Below are positions 37,087 to 46,674 of a DNA stretch of 64,000 nucleotides, piece by piece. The stretch is from Candidatus Zixiibacteriota bacterium (GTDB taxonomy: Bacteria; Zixibacteria; MSB-5A5; GN15; FEB-12): assembly GCA_034439475.1 (NCBI GenBank), contig JAWXAN010000034.1, positions 14,340 to 78,339 on the forward strand. Direction: 5' to 3'. The notes under the pieces were generated by a model, which was not told the DNA's origin, did not search any database, and saw only the letters and a program-made list of their open reading frames with translations. Numbering within the stretch: position 1 is the stretch's first letter; the number at the start of each line of letters is the position of its first letter. Position numbers and translations under genes: made by a program.

Positions 37087-38229
37087 TCAGTGCCCACCTG
37101 CCGCCGCTGGAGTTTGCGAATCATTTGGCGCGCCGGTAGGCAAAGGCATCACCTTCGCCCCTGAAAAGAGCTTCTGATGTCCCGCGCTGACTATATTCAT
37201 ACCACTTTCGAGCCCCGATGTGACTTCGACAGAACCTCGCTGGCGCGAGCCGGTAGTAATCGGCGTTCGTGCAACCGAGCTATCGGGGCCGACTACAAAC
37301 ACCCATGACTGGTCGCCCTCTACAAAAACAGCCTGATCTGGAATGACAAGGGCGTTTTCACGAGTATTGAGAACTGCGGCCACATTGGCCGACATACCGG
37401 GACGAAATTTTCTGTCTGTATTTTTGACACGGGCGACGATACTTGTGCTTCGCGTTGACTGGTCGACAACTGGATCAATAATGTCGATAGTTCCGGTGAG
37501 TTCGTAATCAGGAAAGGCAGAAGTCGAGATTGTGACCTGTGCCCCTCGATTCAATAGGGGGTAGTAACGTTCCGGCGCCGAGAAGACAATTCGAAGTTCA
37601 TCAAGTTGCGCCAAATCAGTAATTGGATCTCCTGATCGTATAAACGCGCCGGGGCTGACCTGACGAGCGCCCACGACACCTGAGAACGGGGCGGTAATGC
37701 GTGTCTTATCAAGGCGGGCGCGAATAAGCGCAACATCCGCTTTTGCAACACTGAGCGCAGCGGTGGCATCGTCGTGTTCCTGCTGGGCGCTTAGCTGCTG
37801 CTCAACAAGCTTTTGAATACGATCAAATGCATTTTGCCGCTGAGTCAAAACAGCATTTGCGCGGGCTTCTTCGGCTCGGAGCTGGGCGTCATCAAGCTGT
37901 GCGATGACTGCTCCTTTGGCGATTGCTTGCCCTTCGCGAAAGGGAAGTTCCCTCACCAAGGCGTCGATCTGTGATACAATTGTGACGGCATCGTTTGCTT
38001 CGACAGTACCGACAGCTTCAAAACGATCAGTCACTGTTTCCTGGCTCACAGCCGCCATTTCAACAGGTATTGGCGGGAATCCACCGCCGCCTCCACCCGG
38101 TCCGCCTTCGGCGGATTGATCCTCCCCGCATCCAGTAAAGGAAAGAAGCGCTGACATCAAAAAAATACCAAACATCGCAAAATGTGATGATTGCGCCCGG
38201 TTATCCGATCTTCGACTTATCAAATTCAA
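37087..38229 (-). CDS. efflux RND transporter periplasmic adaptor subunit
   Basis: It has a lipoprotein-like N-terminus ('LSFTGCGED') and the coiled-coil/lipoyl/beta-barrel pattern of the MFP/HlyD_D23 family. Confidence 0.88.
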   Translation of the reverse strand: MNLISRRSDNRAQSSHFAMFGIFLMSALLSFTGCGEDQSAEGGPGGGGGGFPPIPVEMAAVSQETVTDRFEAVGTVEANDAVTIVSQIDALVRELPFREGQAIAKGAVIAQLDDAQLRAEEARANAVLTQRQNAFDRIQKLVEQQLSAQQEHDDATAALSVAKADVALIRARLDKTRITAPFSGVVGARQVSPGAFIRSGDPITDLAQLDELRIVFSAPERYYPLLNRGAQVTISTSAFPDYELTGTIDIIDPVVDQSTRSTSIVARVKNTDRKFRPGMSANVAAVLNTRENALVIPDQAVFVEGDQSWVFVVGPDSSVARTPITTGSRQRGSVEVTSGLESGMNIVSAGHQKLFSGAKVMPLPTGAPNDSQTPAAAGGH

Positions 38230-38495
38230 AACTTTCTCGCAATAGTATGGCCGTTCATACGCGGCTCATGGTTCGGCCCGATGCCGGGTGGTGTTATTTG
38301 TTAGCATACCGAAATAAGAATTATTCGACAATCTTCCAAGAGTTTTCCTTCTAAAATACTCGCCTCGCATTCAAACGACCCTTTCCCCATCCCAAAATAA
38401 GACCTGCAACTCTACTACGCTGTCACAAATCTGAAATAACAAGGCAGGCTTGAAAAGTATCAACACACGACGTATAATACAAGTTCCCGACGTGC

Positions 38496-39662
38496 TTATT
38501 TTGCGCGCAGGGCGTTTATGATGCGAAGTCTCGACGCGCTGACCGCAGGAAGGAAGCCACCGACAATTCCCATTACCACAGAAAAAATGAGCGCGTTTAC
38601 GGCTATTTGAGCCGACATTTCAAATGGGAAGGCTATCTCTGCGAATGTATCAAAGTTAGTCGTCGACACTTCCATCCATTGGAGAAAACTAGCCAACGCA
38701 ATTCCGATTAAACCGCCTATGGTGGCAATAGATAATGACTCTATTAAGAAGGCGAACAGGACCGAACCTTGGCTAAATCCAAGGGCGCGAAGTGTGCCGA
38801 TTTCAACTGTGCGATTTGCCACTGAGGCGTACATGGTAATCATCGCCCCAACAATTGCACCCAGAGAAAAGACGATTGAAATAACCATGCCGAGGATATT
38901 GATGAAATCGGTAAAGCTTTTGGATTGCTTTTTGTAATAATCAACTTCGCTCATCACATCGACTGTGAGTCTTCTGTCTGCCTCAAGCCGTTTCTTCAGC
39001 TCATCGATAGTTTCGCCTTGTGCTAATTGCAGGGTGAACGATGAAAACACCGGCCGCTCGAAAGCGGACATGAGCTGATCGTCGTCTCCCCACAACTCTG
39101 ATTCAAAACCCGAACCCCCGGCTTCAAAGATTCCAACTACTGTCCACTCACGTTGGCCAAAACGGACTTTTTCACCGATGCCGCACCCTTTGAAATTCTT
39201 CGAGACTTTTGCTCCGGCGATAATTTCTGATGTCCCCGGCTGCCACATACGTCCTTCGACTACTTTCACATTCGGCCGAATCGCTATCGAGATGTCACTC
39301 ACTCCGCGCACCGGTACATTGCTCGGCTCGTTGTTTGACCGTTTTATCAGATTGATGAGCACAAGGATCTCACCGGCGAATTTGGGCGTGCCGTCTTCGG
39401 TTCGGGCAATCCCCGGATCAGATTTTACAATATCAGCCATATCCCGGGGCAAAATAGAGACAATCTCAGTATTTGCAGACTTGCGTACGACAACGGCGTT
39501 GTTGTCACTCCCGGTATCAACTAATGTCTGTTGGAGACCGTTTGACAGCATGAGCACCGCACAAAAGACAAACACCACTAAAGCGATACCGAAAATGGTC
39601 AGCGTTGATGTGAGCTTTCGAGCAAAGGCATTCTTTATTGAATAACTAATGAGTAATGGCAT
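38496..39662 (-). CDS. ABC transporter permease (FtsX/MacB-type)
   Basis: It has an N-terminal TM helix, a large periplasmic domain and a C-terminal FtsX 3-TM bundle ('LRALGFSQGSVLFAFLIES'). Confidence 0.88.
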   Translation of the reverse strand: MPLLISYSIKNAFARKLTSTLTIFGIALVVFVFCAVLMLSNGLQQTLVDTGSDNNAVVVRKSANTEIVSILPRDMADIVKSDPGIARTEDGTPKFAGEILVLINLIKRSNNEPSNVPVRGVSDISIAIRPNVKVVEGRMWQPGTSEIIAGAKVSKNFKGCGIGEKVRFGQREWTVVGIFEAGGSGFESELWGDDDQLMSAFERPVFSSFTLQLAQGETIDELKKRLEADRRLTVDVMSEVDYYKKQSKSFTDFINILGMVISIVFSLGAIVGAMITMYASVANRTVEIGTLRALGFSQGSVLFAFLIESLSIATIGGLIGIALASFLQWMEVSTTNFDTFAEIAFPFEMSAQIAVNALIFSVVMGIVGGFLPAVSASRLRIINALRAK

Positions 39663-39663
39663 A

Positions 39664-40821
39664 TTAATCTATTGTCCGTAATCCGTTAACAATTGTTGTA
39701 TTGAGGGCCTTTATAGTCGGAAAGATTGCCGCCAGCACGCCGACAGCAAGAGCGGATAGGGATGCGAAAATAATCGTCAGGTCGGTAAGCGGAATTGTTG
39801 GCAGGAAATTGCTCATGGCGCTACGCATCAGAGGAATAATAAGGAACGTTAATCCCAATCCAGTCAGTCCACCTAAAAAGGCAATAAAAATTGACTCGCC
39901 AAATATCAGGCTGACCAGATGCTTTGTGCCAAATCCCAAAGTTTTTAACACGGCATATTCCTTCAGCCGTTCTCGCGCGGTCATCGCCATAGTATTACCC
40001 AAGACGAGCAAAATAATGCCAATGACCATAATTGAAACTATCCTCAGGCCAAGAATAATCGAGCCGGACATGGAGATAAAGCCCAATGTGAAAGCTTCTT
40101 CAGTTTCGGTTTTTGTTTCAGCGAGTGAATTTTTAAACATGGCATCTATTCTATCCGAAATCTGTGCGGCACGTGAAGGATCGGCTATGGTCACACCGAA
40201 TGTGCCTATTTTACCTGCTCTTCCCGGCATCTCCTCCCGCATGCGTTCATCAAGATAGGCAAAATGAAAAAACATGGTTGACTCATCGGTATTTTCTTTT
40301 GCTCCGGTATAAATACCTCGAATGACAAAATCCCATGTGCCGGGGTAAATATCACCTTGAACCTGTATTTGATCCCCAATTGACCATCCGAAGCGGTCGG
40401 CGAGTTTTCGTCCCACAACTATAGCGTTCCGTTCGGCAAGGAATGCCCGCCATTGGTCCGGCGGCACAAGGTATTCCGGATACATCGGGAAATACGTTTC
40501 GGCATCGACCGCAAATTTTGCGAAGAAGTTGCGCGAGTCGACATACACTCCGCCAAACCACGAGGCGTGAGAGACTGCCGTCACACCTTCAACTTGCTTA
40601 ACTTTCTCTACGTATGCGAGGGGGAGGTCAAAAATCAACGAGACGGCATTGCGAGCGATGAGTCGGTTCGGAGATGATGCTTCCGTCTGGCTGTACCATG
40701 CATCAACCGCGCTCCGAATGATGCAAAATGCCATCACCGCTATTGCCATTCCCAGAATCGTCAAAATAGTGCGGAGTTTATGGCGGGCGGCGTTTCTCGT
40801 GATGAGCTTCAGTATTTTCAT
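39664..40821 (-). CDS. ABC transporter permease (FtsX/MacB-type), second copy
   Basis: It has the same architecture as the first copy ('LKTLGFGTKHLVSLIFGES'). Confidence 0.88.
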   Translation of the reverse strand: MKILKLITRNAARHKLRTILTILGMAIAVMAFCIIRSAVDAWYSQTEASSPNRLIARNAVSLIFDLPLAYVEKVKQVEGVTAVSHASWFGGVYVDSRNFFAKFAVDAETYFPMYPEYLVPPDQWRAFLAERNAIVVGRKLADRFGWSIGDQIQVQGDIYPGTWDFVIRGIYTGAKENTDESTMFFHFAYLDERMREEMPGRAGKIGTFGVTIADPSRAAQISDRIDAMFKNSLAETKTETEEAFTLGFISMSGSIILGLRIVSIMVIGIILLVLGNTMAMTARERLKEYAVLKTLGFGTKHLVSLIFGESIFIAFLGGLTGLGLTFLIIPLMRSAMSNFLPTIPLTDLTIIFASLSALAVGVLAAIFPTIKALNTTIVNGLRTID

Positions 40822-41498
40822 GACTTGGCCAGTTCCCCCTTATCGAGATGCTTGACCACATGCGCGGCTTCAGCGGCACGAGGGTCGTGGGTGACCATGA
40901 CGATTGTCTTTTTAAATTCCCGATTGAGTTGCGAGAGCAGATTCATTATCGATTCGGCCGATTGTTTATCAAGATCGCCAGTTGGCTCATCGGCCAGTAT
41001 CAGATCAGGATCGGTGACAATGGCACGGGCAATGGCTACGCGTTGTTCCTGACCCCCTGACAACTGGTTGGGATAATGCTTCATACGATCCGCGAGCCCC
41101 ACCACCCCAAGGGCTGTTTCGACCTGCTTTTTACGTTCTACTTTATTAAGCTTAGTCAGCAGGAGAGGAAGCTCCACATTTTCAAAGGCATTCAGCACAG
41201 GCATGAGATTATAAAACTGGAAAATAAATCCAATATGTCTGCTGCGCCATTTAGCCATCTCAGAATCGGAGAGACTGGAAATATCGTCATCACCGACCCT
41301 GACCCGACCTTCGGAAACGCGGTCAATCCCGGCAATCAGATTTAACAACGTCGTTTTGCCGGAACCAGAGGGTCCCATGAGGGCGAGGAATTCCCCTTCA
41401 GGAATGCTAAGCGAAATATTTCGCAACACGGGGATTTCGAGCTTGTCACGGTAATACGATTTGTAAACTGAATCGACCTGTACGATAGCTTTTGACAT
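40818..41498 (-). CDS. ABC transporter ATP-binding protein (MacB/LolD-type)
   Basis: Walker A 'GPSGSGKTT', the signature 'LSGGQEQR' and Walker B 'LILADEPTGDLD' are all present. Confidence 0.93.
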   Translation of the reverse strand: MSKAIVQVDSVYKSYYRDKLEIPVLRNISLSIPEGEFLALMGPSGSGKTTLLNLIAGIDRVSEGRVRVGDDDISSLSDSEMAKWRSRHIGFIFQFYNLMPVLNAFENVELPLLLTKLNKVERKKQVETALGVVGLADRMKHYPNQLSGGQEQRVAIARAIVTDPDLILADEPTGDLDKQSAESIMNLLSQLNREFKKTIVMVTHDPRAAEAAHVVKHLDKGELAKS

Positions 41499-41519
41499 CA
41501 GAGAACCTTTACTATGCTA

Positions 41520-42710
41520 TTAAGATGATAATTCTATTTTTTGTCCGGTGGTCATTTTGCCCGGAGGGGAAAGAACAACTTGATCACCCTGTGATAGCCC
41601 GCTTATTATTTCGACAAGCCTTCCGAGTTCTCTGCCAGTTGTAACCGGAACCGCAGTTGCGCGGTCGCCGTCGATGCGAAAAACAATGCTTTGTCCATTA
41701 CGGCTTGTTATTGCCTCTTTATCGACGGCGATTGCATTGACCTCGGCGCTGGTTGTGTCTTCTTGTTTAGTAAAGAAATTGACCCGCGCCGACATTTCCG
41801 GAAGAACTTTCTTATCTATCTCATCAAATGCAATTTTGGTAAGTACTGTCGCGCGCGAGCGATCTGCCGTGGGCACAATTTTTTTCACGTGACCGGCATA
41901 GGTAACGCTGGGGTAAGCATCGAGAACAATCTCGCATCGCTGGCCGATCTGTACTTTTACAATGTTAGACTCGTTGACATCGGCTTCCACTTCGAGTGAG
42001 TTCATATCGGCAAGGGTGACCACTGAACCTTTCGATGAAGCCGATGATGCAAACGGAGCGACAATCTCGCCAACATCGGCATTTTTCATTAACACTGTGC
42101 CGTTAAACGGCGCCCTGATAAATGTATTTTCGAGATTAACCTCGGCTACTGTCACCGCTGCGGCCGAGCCCTGCACTCGTGCCAGAGCATTGTTATAGTT
42201 TGTCTCCGATAACTCAAGCTCCGCATTCGTTATAGCTCCTGATTGGAGCAATGCCTTCCGTCTGCGAAAATCCCGTCCTGCATTGAGTGTGTCAACTTCC
42301 GCCTGTCGGAGAGCCGCCGCTGCGACATTGAGATTTGCCTTCATATCATTATTATCAAGACGCGCGATTACCTCTCCCGCGGATACGGTATCCCCCTCCT
42401 CGAAGCCCAGATACTCAAGCCGGCCTGTTCCCTTTGACGCCACTTCGGCCATACGTTGAGCCACCACATACCCTGTCGCAACAAGGTCCGCGGTTGCATC
42501 CGAGCCGCCTAAGAGGATCACTGACGTCGATTGAACTTTGGTCGACGGAACGACTTTTTCACGAAACTGGAAGTAGACAAGTATCAGTACAACTATGCCG
42601 ACTGCGGCCAACAGATACCGCCAGACATTGCTTTTGGGACGATCGTCGAATTTGCGGCTTTTGTCGATGCGGAGCGACGATATCTCCGCTCTGTTCTCTT
42701 TAGGTTCCAT
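41520..42710 (-). CDS. HlyD-family efflux adaptor (periplasmic) subunit
   Basis: It has an N-terminal TM anchor and coiled-coil plus barrel-sandwich motifs. It is the first gene of the adaptor-ATPase-2xFtsX operon. Confidence 0.85.
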   Translation of the reverse strand: MEPKENRAEISSLRIDKSRKFDDRPKSNVWRYLLAAVGIVVLILVYFQFREKVVPSTKVQSTSVILLGGSDATADLVATGYVVAQRMAEVASKGTGRLEYLGFEEGDTVSAGEVIARLDNNDMKANLNVAAAALRQAEVDTLNAGRDFRRRKALLQSGAITNAELELSETNYNNALARVQGSAAAVTVAEVNLENTFIRAPFNGTVLMKNADVGEIVAPFASSASSKGSVVTLADMNSLEVEADVNESNIVKVQIGQRCEIVLDAYPSVTYAGHVKKIVPTADRSRATVLTKIAFDEIDKKVLPEMSARVNFFTKQEDTTSAEVNAIAVDKEAITSRNGQSIVFRIDGDRATAVPVTTGRELGRLVEIISGLSQGDQVVLSPPGKMTTGQKIELSS

Positions 42711-42902
42711 ACTCAGTTTCTAAGGGCATATCACTTGTCCAACTATGATAGGTCTTGAGTAATATTTATTGATTAGAGAGCCAAATCAAGTGAAATAATT
42801 TTCAAATGAGACAAGCGGGATATGAGGTTAGACCCTCATATTCAACTAACAATGACGATACAATGGCGCTTTGAAATAAGAGAAAAGGAAAGGCAGCATA
42901 TC

Positions 42903-43238
42903 CTACCAGATACCCAACTGGTCTTTGGCCAAATCTGAGGCCATCTCCTTCGGGTCCCAAACTGGTTCCCAGACAATAACGACATCGACTTTGGTAACAC
43001 CATCGAGCTCTTCTATGGCCCGGTGGCACATCGCGATGATCATCTCCCCGAACGGACAGGCCGGACTAGTGAGCGTCATTTTGACTTTGGCCTCACCGGC
43101 ATCGTTTATGTCAACATCGTATACGAGTCCAAGATCGACGATCCCAATCCGAATCTCCGGATCGGTAATAGGCCGAAGGGCTTCGATCATTTGCTCTTTT
43201 GTGATCGAGTGAACAGCTTTGGTAACATTATTCATCAT
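42903..43238 (-). CDS. sufT: DUF59/MIP18-family Fe-S assembly protein (SufT-like)
   Basis: 'ITDPEIRIGIVDLGLVYDV' and 'MTLTSPACP' are DUF59 hallmarks. It is the last gene of the suf operon. Confidence 0.85.
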   Translation of the reverse strand: MMNNVTKAVHSITKEQMIEALRPITDPEIRIGIVDLGLVYDVDINDAGEAKVKMTLTSPACPFGEMIIAMCHRAIEELDGVTKVDVVIVWEPVWDPKEMASDLAKDQLGIW

Positions 43239-43280
43239 CAGTTATCCTTTATTGTATTTGGGGTTGAACTCCGAAAAAGC

Positions 43281-43766
43281 TCAGGCAATTTCTTCCTCGG
43301 TTGATATATTCGCCGTCAAAGCGCCGTTTCCTGCGGAATAGTTTCTCATTCCTTCAAGCAGCGTCACCCAGGCCAACAAGGCGCATTTTATTCTAACTGG
43401 AAATTTCTGCACGCCGCTCAGAGAATTGAGATCCCCCAAATCCTGAATTTCGGGCGCGATCCCTTCCCCTTTGAGCATGCTTCTGACTGCTTCCACTATA
43501 CGCCGGGCATCTTCGAAGCTCTTACCTTTTACAGTCTCGACGAGCATCGATGCCGAAGCCACCGATATCGCGCAGCCTTTGCAATCAACATGGATATCCG
43601 CAAGATTGCCTTGGTTCATTTCAACGCGGAGCGCGATTTCATCGCCACATGACGGATTAATGCCATCGGAGCTGATATCGACACGGGCGACCTGTTTTTT
43701 CCCCCGGGGAGAGCGGTAGTGCTCGAGAATAATTTCGCGGTACATGTCATCGAGTGAAGCGTTCAT
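43281..43766 (-). CDS. sufU: SUF-system NifU/IscU-like scaffold/sulfur-transfer protein
   Basis: Contains 'ILEHYRSPRGKK', 'NPSCGDEI' and 'GCAISVASASM'. Confidence 0.88.
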   Translation of the reverse strand: MNASLDDMYREIILEHYRSPRGKKQVARVDISSDGINPSCGDEIALRVEMNQGNLADIHVDCKGCAISVASASMLVETVKGKSFEDARRIVEAVRSMLKGEGIAPEIQDLGDLNSLSGVQKFPVRIKCALLAWVTLLEGMRNYSAGNGALTANISTEEEIA

Positions 43767-45040
43767 ACACCAAAATACTTTCTCATCTCGATAATGGCGT
43801 CGGCTAGCGCATCGATATCGGTCTCGTCATTGTAAATATAGACCGAGGCGCGAGCGGTGGCGACTTTCCCCAATGCCTTCATGAGCGGCTGAGCGCAGTG
43901 ATGTCCGGCGCGGATGGCAATGCCGCGTGAGTCTAAAAATGTGCTGATATCATGGGGGTGCAGATCGGCATCGGTAAATGAAATCGCTCCGCCGCGATGA
44001 GCGGCATCGAGCGGACCCTGAATTTCAAGTTTCGGAATGGCAGATAATTTTTCGATAGCGTAACGGGTCAATTCGCGCTCATGCAGACGGACAGCGTCCA
44101 TGCCGAGATTTTCCAAATAGGTGAGGGCGGAGTCGAATGCGATAACATCGGCGATATTCGGCGTGCCAGCTTCAAATTTGTTCGGCAGGGTATTAAACGT
44201 AACTTTATCAAAACGAACTTCGCGAATCATTTCCCCGCCAAAATTAAACGGCGGCATCGCATCAAGGAGTTCTTTTTTGCCATAGAGAATGCCGACACCA
44301 GTCGGACCGAGCATTTTATGCGACGAAAAAGTATAGAAATCGGCATTCAGCTCTTTCACATTTACCGGCATATGCGGCACCGCCTGCGCTCCATCGACAA
44401 CGACAACGGCGCCATGTTTGTGGGCAGCTGCAATAATTTCATCGAGAGGATTTATCGTCCCCAGTACATTTGACATGTGGCTGACAGCCACAAGTTTGGT
44501 CTTGGATGTAATAATCTCGTCAATCGAACTCAGATCGAGATGGCCGCAGAGGGTTATCGGGATTTTCTTCAGGATTGCTTTCTTGCGTTGGGCAATCATA
44601 AACCAAGGCACAAAATTGGCATGGTGCTCCATTTCGGTGATGACAATCTCATCCCCTTCTGAAATATTGACCTCGCCCCATGAATAGGCAATAAGATTTA
44701 TAGCTTCGGTCGCGCCCCGGGTGAAGATTATTTCTTCGGGACGCGTGCCGCCTATAAATTTGGCTGTGTGCTTTCTGGTTCTCTCATATCCTTCGGTTGC
44801 CCGCTCGGCGAGAGTATGAAGCCCGCGATGGACATTGGCATTATTTTTCTTGTAGTAATCGATTAACGAGTGGATAACCACATTCGGCTTCTGCGAGGTT
44901 GCAGCGTTATCGAGATAGACCAATCTGTGACCATTTATCTGCTGAGGCAAAATGGGGAAATCGGCTTTGATCTTCTCGACGTCCAGACCGAGCGTCAGGT
45001 CGCCGACCTTAATACTTTTCTGCTGCACATGTGTTGACAT
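43763..45040 (-). CDS. sufS: cysteine desulfurase, SufS subfamily
   Basis: Contains 'YLDNAATSQKP', 'SSHKMLGPTGVGILYG' (PLP lysine) and 'RAGHHCAQP' (active-site Cys). Confidence 0.93.
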   Translation of the reverse strand: MSTHVQQKSIKVGDLTLGLDVEKIKADFPILPQQINGHRLVYLDNAATSQKPNVVIHSLIDYYKKNNANVHRGLHTLAERATEGYERTRKHTAKFIGGTRPEEIIFTRGATEAINLIAYSWGEVNISEGDEIVITEMEHHANFVPWFMIAQRKKAILKKIPITLCGHLDLSSIDEIITSKTKLVAVSHMSNVLGTINPLDEIIAAAHKHGAVVVVDGAQAVPHMPVNVKELNADFYTFSSHKMLGPTGVGILYGKKELLDAMPPFNFGGEMIREVRFDKVTFNTLPNKFEAGTPNIADVIAFDSALTYLENLGMDAVRLHERELTRYAIEKLSAIPKLEIQGPLDAAHRGGAISFTDADLHPHDISTFLDSRGIAIRAGHHCAQPLMKALGKVATARASVYIYNDETDIDALADAIIEMRKYFGV

Positions 45041-45069
45041 ATCTTCAAATATCCTGTTGCACGCGTGTA

Positions 45070-45378
45070 TTACACACGGACAAAAATCTCTTCTCCTTCA
45101 ATTTTCAACTCGTACGTATCAATCGGCACGACCGCCGGAGGCGCAGTCACCGCGCCAGTTTTCAGGTCAAAGCGCGCTCCATGCCTCGAACACATTATCT
45201 CGTTGCCGCGGATCCTGCCCGTGTGAATAGGTTCTGAGTCATGGGTACATTCATCCGCGACAGCGTAAAATCCATCGACAGTATGAGCGACCACGATTAG
45301 AACATGATTAACCTCGAAGGCTTTGAGTTTCCCCTGCGGGATATCTTCCGTCGAAGCAATTCGAACAAAAGTACTCAT
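45070..45378 (-). CDS. Rieske [2Fe-2S] ferredoxin-like protein
   Basis: The Rieske ligand motifs 'CTHD' and 'CSRHG' are separated by about 17 residues. The protein is 102 aa. Confidence 0.85.
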   Translation of the reverse strand: MSTFVRIASTEDIPQGKLKAFEVNHVLIVVAHTVDGFYAVADECTHDSEPIHTGRIRGNEIMCSRHGARFDLKTGAVTAPPAVVPIDTYELKIEGEEIFVRV

Positions 45379-45381
45379 AGC

Positions 45382-46674
45382 CTAAATCTCTTCAAGCCGT
45401 GCGGTCACATAGGCCGAAATCTGTTCACGCAAATCCTCGGGAAGCAACCCAAATGTCGATGCCACGTAGCCTGAGACAATCATCCGAACGGCATCTTTGT
45501 GCGCAATACCGCGGCATGAGAGATAGAACAATTGTAGTGGGTCAATCGGTCCCACAGTCGCGCCATGGGTACAGGAAACATCTTCGTTGAGAATCTCAAG
45601 CTCAGGAACAGTCTCAGCCTTAGTGCCTGGATTTAAAAGCAAGTTCCGGTTTTCCTGATAGGCCGCGCAGGTTTTCGCAGTCTTATCAATTCGGATAAGA
45701 CCGGTGTAGGCGGAATGCGCTTTGTCTTTCAGGACCACCTTAAAATTAATGTTCGATGTCGTCTGTCCGGCGGAATGATGATGCAAAGTATGATTATCAA
45801 AGTGTTGGTAATCGGTACCGAACAAAAGGCCGGCCATTTTACTGTCAGCCCCCTGACCATCGAGGATAACGCCGAAGTTTTGCTTGGTCGTCGATCCGCC
45901 AAAGGCGAGCGGAATGGTCAGCATAGTCGCGCTCTTCTCAATACGTGCGCGGTGGGTCAGATAGGCATTGACTCCTGATCCCTGACGTTGAAGCGAGACA
46001 TAGCGCGTCCGGCTATTTGCCAGACCGATAATTTCGACCGCGCCATTGCTTTGTGTCGGAGCTTTGTCGGAATCAAGCGAACCGCCCCGGTATTCGTCAA
46101 TAATTGTTGCTTCGGCATTCTCACCGATAACAATAAGCAGTCTCGGAAACTGAGAAGCGCCAGCCTCGGCGGACTCGCGAACTAAATGAATAGGCTTTTC
46201 GATAGTTATGTTTTTTGGGACATATACAAATATCCCATCGTTCCACATCGCGCCATTCATTGCTTCAAACTTCCCGAACTGATCATTGATGAGCGAGTAG
46301 AGATATTTTTCGACTATTTCCGGATGCGAGAGTACAGCCGCACTCAACGAAGAAACAACCACGCCTTTGGATCGGGCTTCGCTGCCCATCTCCACACCTA
46401 TCTCACGGCACGCAAAATCAACGGCGAGTGCAGCGAGATGGCCGTTGGCTAAATTCTTCTTCTCGTTTTCTGCCCCGGGGGGCTGCCTTCCGGTTTTAGC
46501 CTCGACACCTGCAGTATTTGGAACTGCAATAAATTTATTCGGGTCGGTGTAACGCCACAAATTCAGGCCGCGGCGGGGCAGAGGCTGTTCGTTGAATCGC
46601 TCCAGAGACAGCTTTCGTTTTTCGCTCAGCCATGTCTGTTTGTCCGATGTTTCTAATTCTGTATTCTTCATCAT
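45382..46674 (-). CDS. sufD: Fe-S cluster assembly protein SufD
   Basis: It shows the SufB/D beta-helix family pattern. Its position between sufB and the sufS side, and the ATGA-type coupling with sufB, support the call. Confidence 0.88.
   Translation of the reverse strand: MMKNTELETSDKQTWLSEKRKLSLERFNEQPLPRRGLNLWRYTDPNKFIAVPNTAGVEAKTGRQPPGAENEKKNLANGHLAALAVDFACREIGVEMGSEARSKGVVVSSLSAAVLSHPEIVEKYLYSLINDQFGKFEAMNGAMWNDGIFVYVPKNITIEKPIHLVRESAEAGASQFPRLLIVIGENAEATIIDEYRGGSLDSDKAPTQSNGAVEIIGLANSRTRYVSLQRQGSGVNAYLTHRARIEKSATMLTIPLAFGGSTTKQNFGVILDGQGADSKMAGLLFGTDYQHFDNHTLHHHSAGQTTSNINFKVVLKDKAHSAYTGLIRIDKTAKTCAAYQENRNLLLNPGTKAETVPELEILNEDVSCTHGATVGPIDPLQLFYLSCRGIAHKDAVRMIVSGYVASTFGLLPEDLREQISAYVTARLEEI

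Noticed and set aside
37087-38495. Missing outer-membrane factor gene for the RND pump as evidence of a novel two-component pump
   Set aside because: OMF genes are frequently encoded elsewhere (TolC-like), so absence from the window is not informative.
42820-42841. 8-bp hairpin ATATGAGG/CCTCATAT downstream of the DUF59 (sufT-like) gene as a suf terminator
   Set aside because: The stem is short and AT-rich and has no U-tract on the minus-strand transcript. It is too weak to call.
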